From a virus: DNA of 42,983 nt. Below the pieces are notes generated by a model, which saw only the letters and a program-made list of their open reading frames with translations, searched no databases and had not been told where the DNA came from. The number at the start of each line of letters is the position of its first letter. Within the stretch, counting starts at the first letter, position 1. Below, piece by piece: positions 39,963 through 42,983 of this stretch. The stretch is from IMG/VR virus record IMGVR_UViG_3300000271_000002, positions 1-42,983 of that record. One strand, 5' to 3'. A program made the position numbers and the translations under genes.

Positions 39963-41325
39963 ATTTCCGTACACGCCGCATGAATATCAAGCCGAGGTTC
40001 ACAAGGCCATGGCGTACTACCGATTCGTGGTGGTCGTCGCGCACCGCAGATGGGGCAAAACAGAATGTGCCATCGCATCCCTGATCCTTGCCGCCGCAAC
40101 GCACCCTGGCGATGATGGAAGTTTCGGCTACATCGCGCCGTTCCTCAAACAATCCAAGGCCATCGCCTGGCGCAAGCTGAAAAAATACGTCGGCAAGATG
40201 TTCGGGTCGAACTGGCGGCTGGCCGGTATCACGAAGAACGAACAGGAATTATGGATCGAACTTTCGAACGGCGCACGCATCCAGCTTTACGGCGCGGACA
40301 ACGCGGACTCGATGCGCGGCCTGTTCTTCGACGGCGTGGTCATCGATGAAATCGCCGACATGAAAGCCGATGTGTGGAACGGCGTGATACGTCCTGCCCT
40401 GGCTGACCGCCTCGGATGGGCTTTGATGATCGGCACACCCAAGGGATTGAACGAACTATACAAATTCTACCAGCGCGGATTGAAAGACCCGAACTGGAAG
40501 TCTTTGATGTATTCCTGCACTATGACAAAACTGCCATGGCTTCCACCCTCTGAAATAAAGGCACTTGAAATGGATATGACCGAAGCAATGTTCGCGCAGG
40601 AAATGCTGTGCGATTTCCAGGCATCAGGCGACAACGTGCTGTTCAAGCTGGCGTTGCTTCATAAATGTTCGAAGTTGCCGCTTCGCCTTAGCGACATCCA
40701 GGGCGCGGCCAAAGTCATCGGCCTCGATGTGGCTGGCCCAGGCACCGACAAGACCGTGCTGACCAAGAAGCAGGGCCAGATGATATGGCCACAGCAATCT
40801 TACAAAGGCCTGACCACGCCGGAAATATGCGACATGCTGGCCGTGCAGATGACCGAATGGGGCGCAGATGCCTGTATCGTGGACAACGGGCGCGGCTTCG
40901 CTGTGGTCGAGGAAATGCACCGCCGCGGATTCTTCAACGTGTTCGGCGTTGACTTCGGCGGCAAACCCACCGCACCGCAGTACAAAAACAAGAAAACCGA
41001 AATGTTCTACCGCACGCTGAAGGCGATGCAGGCCGGTTTGAAAATCCCCGCCGATGAAGAACTGTTTGCCGAAATGTCGGCGCACACCGTGACGCTCGAT
41101 GAAAAAGGCAAGCTGACCATCCTGGACAAGGACAAGGTGAAAGAACTCTTGCGCAGATCGCCCGACAAAGCCGATTCGTTGATCTTGTGCCACGCCTTCG
41201 ATGTCGTGGCTGGTTCGGCGATAGCGGCATTGCCCCAGGGCGGCGTTTCGGATAGCATTGGAAGCGGCTACCAACCACAAGGGCCGACCGTTACCGACTT
41301 TGACCCCTACGCCAACGAAAGATGA
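39877..41325 (+). CDS. terL: Terminase large subunit
   Basis: 482 aa. It has a Walker A-like AHRRWGKT, a Walker B-like GVVIDEIAD, and a nuclease-type C-terminal half. The ATG at 39877 overlaps terS by 86 nt. Confidence 0.85.
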   Translation: MSTLNHQAPIGGINPNRKTLLTQTTAPVEFPYTPHEYQAEVHKAMAYYRFVVVVAHRRWGKTECAIASLILAAATHPGDDGSFGYIAPFLKQSKAIAWRKLKKYVGKMFGSNWRLAGITKNEQELWIELSNGARIQLYGADNADSMRGLFFDGVVIDEIADMKADVWNGVIRPALADRLGWALMIGTPKGLNELYKFYQRGLKDPNWKSLMYSCTMTKLPWLPPSEIKALEMDMTEAMFAQEMLCDFQASGDNVLFKLALLHKCSKLPLRLSDIQGAAKVIGLDVAGPGTDKTVLTKKQGQMIWPQQSYKGLTTPEICDMLAVQMTEWGADACIVDNGRGFAVVEEMHRRGFFNVFGVDFGGKPTAPQYKNKKTEMFYRTLKAMQAGLKIPADEELFAEMSAHTVTLDEKGKLTILDKDKVKELLRRSPDKADSLILCHAFDVVAGSAIAALPQGGVSDSIGSGYQPQGPTVTDFDPYANER

Positions 41326-41329
41326 AACC

Positions 41330-41638
41330 ATGGCCTTCGACATCACACGCAAAGAAATTTCCATGCTGAACGCCCAGATCGGCGCGTTCTTATCTGTCGC
41401 CATCATCTTGTGCGCTGGCTTCCTCGATGCCTACAACATCATGGCCATCGCGCTTTTGGGTCTTGGCGCAGGCTGGTTGTGCAACGCGCTTTTGGGAAAT
41501 GCCCTTGGCGAATCGACCAGTGCCGCGCCGTCTTTAGGTGTGGTTAAATGGCTTGGCAACGGCGCAATCGCCTTGTCATGGCTGTCGATTATGCTCAATG
41601 CTTATGCGTTCTTTTCTGTAATCTTTCTATCATTCTAA
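41330..41638 (+). CDS. Small integral membrane protein (102 aa, 3-4 TM helices)
   Basis: ATG at 41330, 4 nt after the terL stop, in frame with track ORF 41258-41638. Hydrophobic throughout. Confidence 0.6.
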   Translation: MAFDITRKEISMLNAQIGAFLSVAIILCAGFLDAYNIMAIALLGLGAGWLCNALLGNALGESTSAAPSLGVVKWLGNGAIALSWLSIMLNAYAFFSVIFLSF

Positions 41639-41650
41639 GGAGTAAAACCG

Positions 41651-41866
41651 ATGTGTATGCCAGGTGGAGCCAAAACCCCCGCACCCCCGCCGCCCCCGAA
41701 GCCGCCGCCAGAGGCACCGACACCTGTGGATTCCGCAGTCGTCGCCGCTTATGACGACGAAAAGAAATCAGCACGCGCCGCCGCAGGTCGCGGTGGCACG
41801 ATCCTGACCGGTTCCGATCTGGTCAACGAGGAACCGAACAAGGCTTCCAAATCGCTGTTGGGGTAA
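41651..41866 (+). CDS. Small Pro-rich protein (71 aa) ending in ...GRGGTILTGSD...KSLLG
   Basis: AAGGAG lies 8 nt upstream. It shares a C-terminal motif with the next gene. Confidence 0.6.
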   Translation: MCMPGGAKTPAPPPPPKPPPEAPTPVDSAVVAAYDDEKKSARAAAGRGGTILTGSDLVNEEPNKASKSLLG

Positions 41867-41869
41867 GTC

Positions 41870-42598
41870 ATGGCCGAAAGCAGGCAAACGGATGGTGGGC
41901 TTGGCCGTATCGAAGGTGATATGGCCAAGAAATACCAGGATGAACTGAACGCCAAAACAAAGGCCGCGCAGATGCTGGCCAGCGTGCCGGTCGTTGGCAA
42001 AGGTGCCACCACGTTCGCCGACATCGACCGCTACCTGACCGAGAACGCCGACGCAAAATACTTTCGCATTGCCAACGGTGGAAACATCGACTCCGCAAGG
42101 TCTTATCAAACGCCGTATGGCCAATGGTCTGACAACAGCGCGGCGTTGGTATCGGACAACAAAGCCGATGTCGGAAGCCGCGACATATTCCGCTATATCA
42201 ACGTAAGCCCCGCGTCGGTTCGCACCGGCAAGCGCGGCGAAACTCCCACCTACGGCCTGCAATATGTGCCATCTGATTTCTACAAAGAAACCGGCGGGCA
42301 ATATTCAACCGAAGACGGCTATGTTTTAAGCCGCGAGGAATTTGGCAAGCTGAAGGAACAACTGAAGGCCAAGGGCGCAGGCGGATTTGATGCCGCCAAG
42401 ACCAGACCGCAAGACCCTGTGACGGATAAGTCTGGGGATAAAACCACAGCAACCCCCACAGGCGACACCGGCGGACGCGGCGTTCCATCTATCCTTGGAA
42501 CAGGTGACGCGCTCGGCGGCGACAAGACCGAACAGCCTTCAACGACGTATGAATCGACCGATGAAGACGCACTGAACAAAAGGACACTCCTGGGATGA
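41870..42598 (+). CDS. Hypothetical virion-region protein (242 aa) ending in ...GRGVPSILGTGD...KRTLLG
   Basis: ATG 3 nt after the upstream stop. ATGA-coupled to the portal start. Confidence 0.7.
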   Translation: MAESRQTDGGLGRIEGDMAKKYQDELNAKTKAAQMLASVPVVGKGATTFADIDRYLTENADAKYFRIANGGNIDSARSYQTPYGQWSDNSAALVSDNKADVGSRDIFRYINVSPASVRTGKRGETPTYGLQYVPSDFYKETGGQYSTEDGYVLSREEFGKLKEQLKAKGAGGFDAAKTRPQDPVTDKSGDKTTATPTGDTGGRGVPSILGTGDALGGDKTEQPSTTYESTDEDALNKRTLLG

Positions 42599-42983
42599 AT
42601 ACCGGCGGCAACATTTTAAGCATGAACGGGTCGCGCTCACAGCTTCCCGACATCCGAATCGGTTTGAACCCCGAACAGGAAAAGCGTTTGATGGACGGCG
42701 CACAAAAGATGTTCGAGGGTGCGCGTCAGCAACGATCCGACCACGAAGCCGATCTGCGCGAACTGTCCAGCTATTTCCTGCCGCACCTGTGCAAGATCGA
42801 CAACACCAACAAGACGAAGAAGTCGAACTGGAACAAGATCATCAACGGCACCTGCCGTTTTGCCGTGCGCACGATGCAGGCCGGTATGCAATCGGGCCTC
42901 ACCAGCCCCGCCAAGCCATGGTTCAACATAGGCCTGGAAGACTTCGAAATGAACGAGTACACGCCAGCGCGTGAATACCTCGA
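42595..42983 (+). CDS. Portal protein, N-terminal part (runs off the window end and continues at 83..1439)
   Basis: The ATG at 42595 overlaps the upstream TGA. The frame stays open to the end of the window and is in frame with 48..1439 through the 82-nt duplication. It is absent from the ORF track because there is no in-window stop. Confidence 0.85.
   Translation, partial: MNTGGNILSMNGSRSQLPDIRIGLNPEQEKRLMDGAQKMFEGARQQRSDHEADLRELSSYFLPHLCKIDNTNKTKKSNWNKIINGTCRFAVRTMQAGMQSGLTSPAKPWFNIGLEDFEMNEYTPAREYL
42902..42983. repeat. Terminal direct duplication, copy 2 (identical to 1-82)
   Basis: Exact 82/82 match to the window start. Confidence 0.95.

Noticed and set aside
1-42983. Stop-codon reassignment in late genes, which could be served by a suppressor-like tRNA.
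   Set aside because: All structural and lysis genes read as long uninterrupted ORFs in the standard code with sensible ends. There is no sign of in-frame stops.
1-42983. CRISPR arrays, transposases, IS elements, rRNA genes, and toxin-antitoxin or other recognisable defence cassettes.
   Set aside because: I saw no spaced direct-repeat arrays, no transposase- or integrase-like ORFs, and no matching gene pairs.

Overview
This window looks like a complete, circularly closed tailed-phage genome of about 42.9 kb. Bases 1-82 are identical to 42902-42983, so the unique length is 42,901 bp. The linearisation point cuts the portal gene: 42595..42983 continues in frame at 83..1439. The gene order is podovirus (T7-like), but the head module resembles the Bordetella BPP-1 type. 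In order it runs terS, terL, three small virion-region genes, portal, an 81-aa ORF, a 689-aa protein with an SGNH-esterase C-terminus, a Bbp19-like protein, scaffold, major capsid, Bbp16-like cement protein, adaptor, nozzle, three internal virion proteins, a 2895-aa giant internal protein with an HExxH motif, tail fiber, a DUF4376 protein, and a lysis cassette (two membrane proteins, a TIGR02594-type endolysin, embedded i-/o-spanins), followed by an orphan beta-class DNA methyltransferase. One short minus-strand operon (26516-29580) encodes a RecE-like PD-(D/E)XK exonuclease, RecT and a DUF1064 nuclease. It diverges from a long plus-strand early operon of about 30 small genes (HTH protein, DUF1376, DUF3846, wHTH protein, DUF3850, several zinc ribbons). 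I recognised no integrase, CI-type repressor, DNA or RNA polymerase, reverse transcriptase or CRISPR array. The most unusual points are listed here.
- A near-perfect tRNA cloverleaf with an 11-nt anticodon loop at 38034-38110.
- A promoter followed by a leader terminator at the early/late boundary.
- Two sigma70-like promoters superimposed in opposite orientation on one 32-bp segment at the divergent early region.
- The giant, polyvalent-like virion protein.
- Over-represented DnaA-box-like ATCCACAA words.
- Several ATGA-chained micro-ORFs below the ORF-track cutoff.
All family names come from motif recognition by eye. No database search was run.
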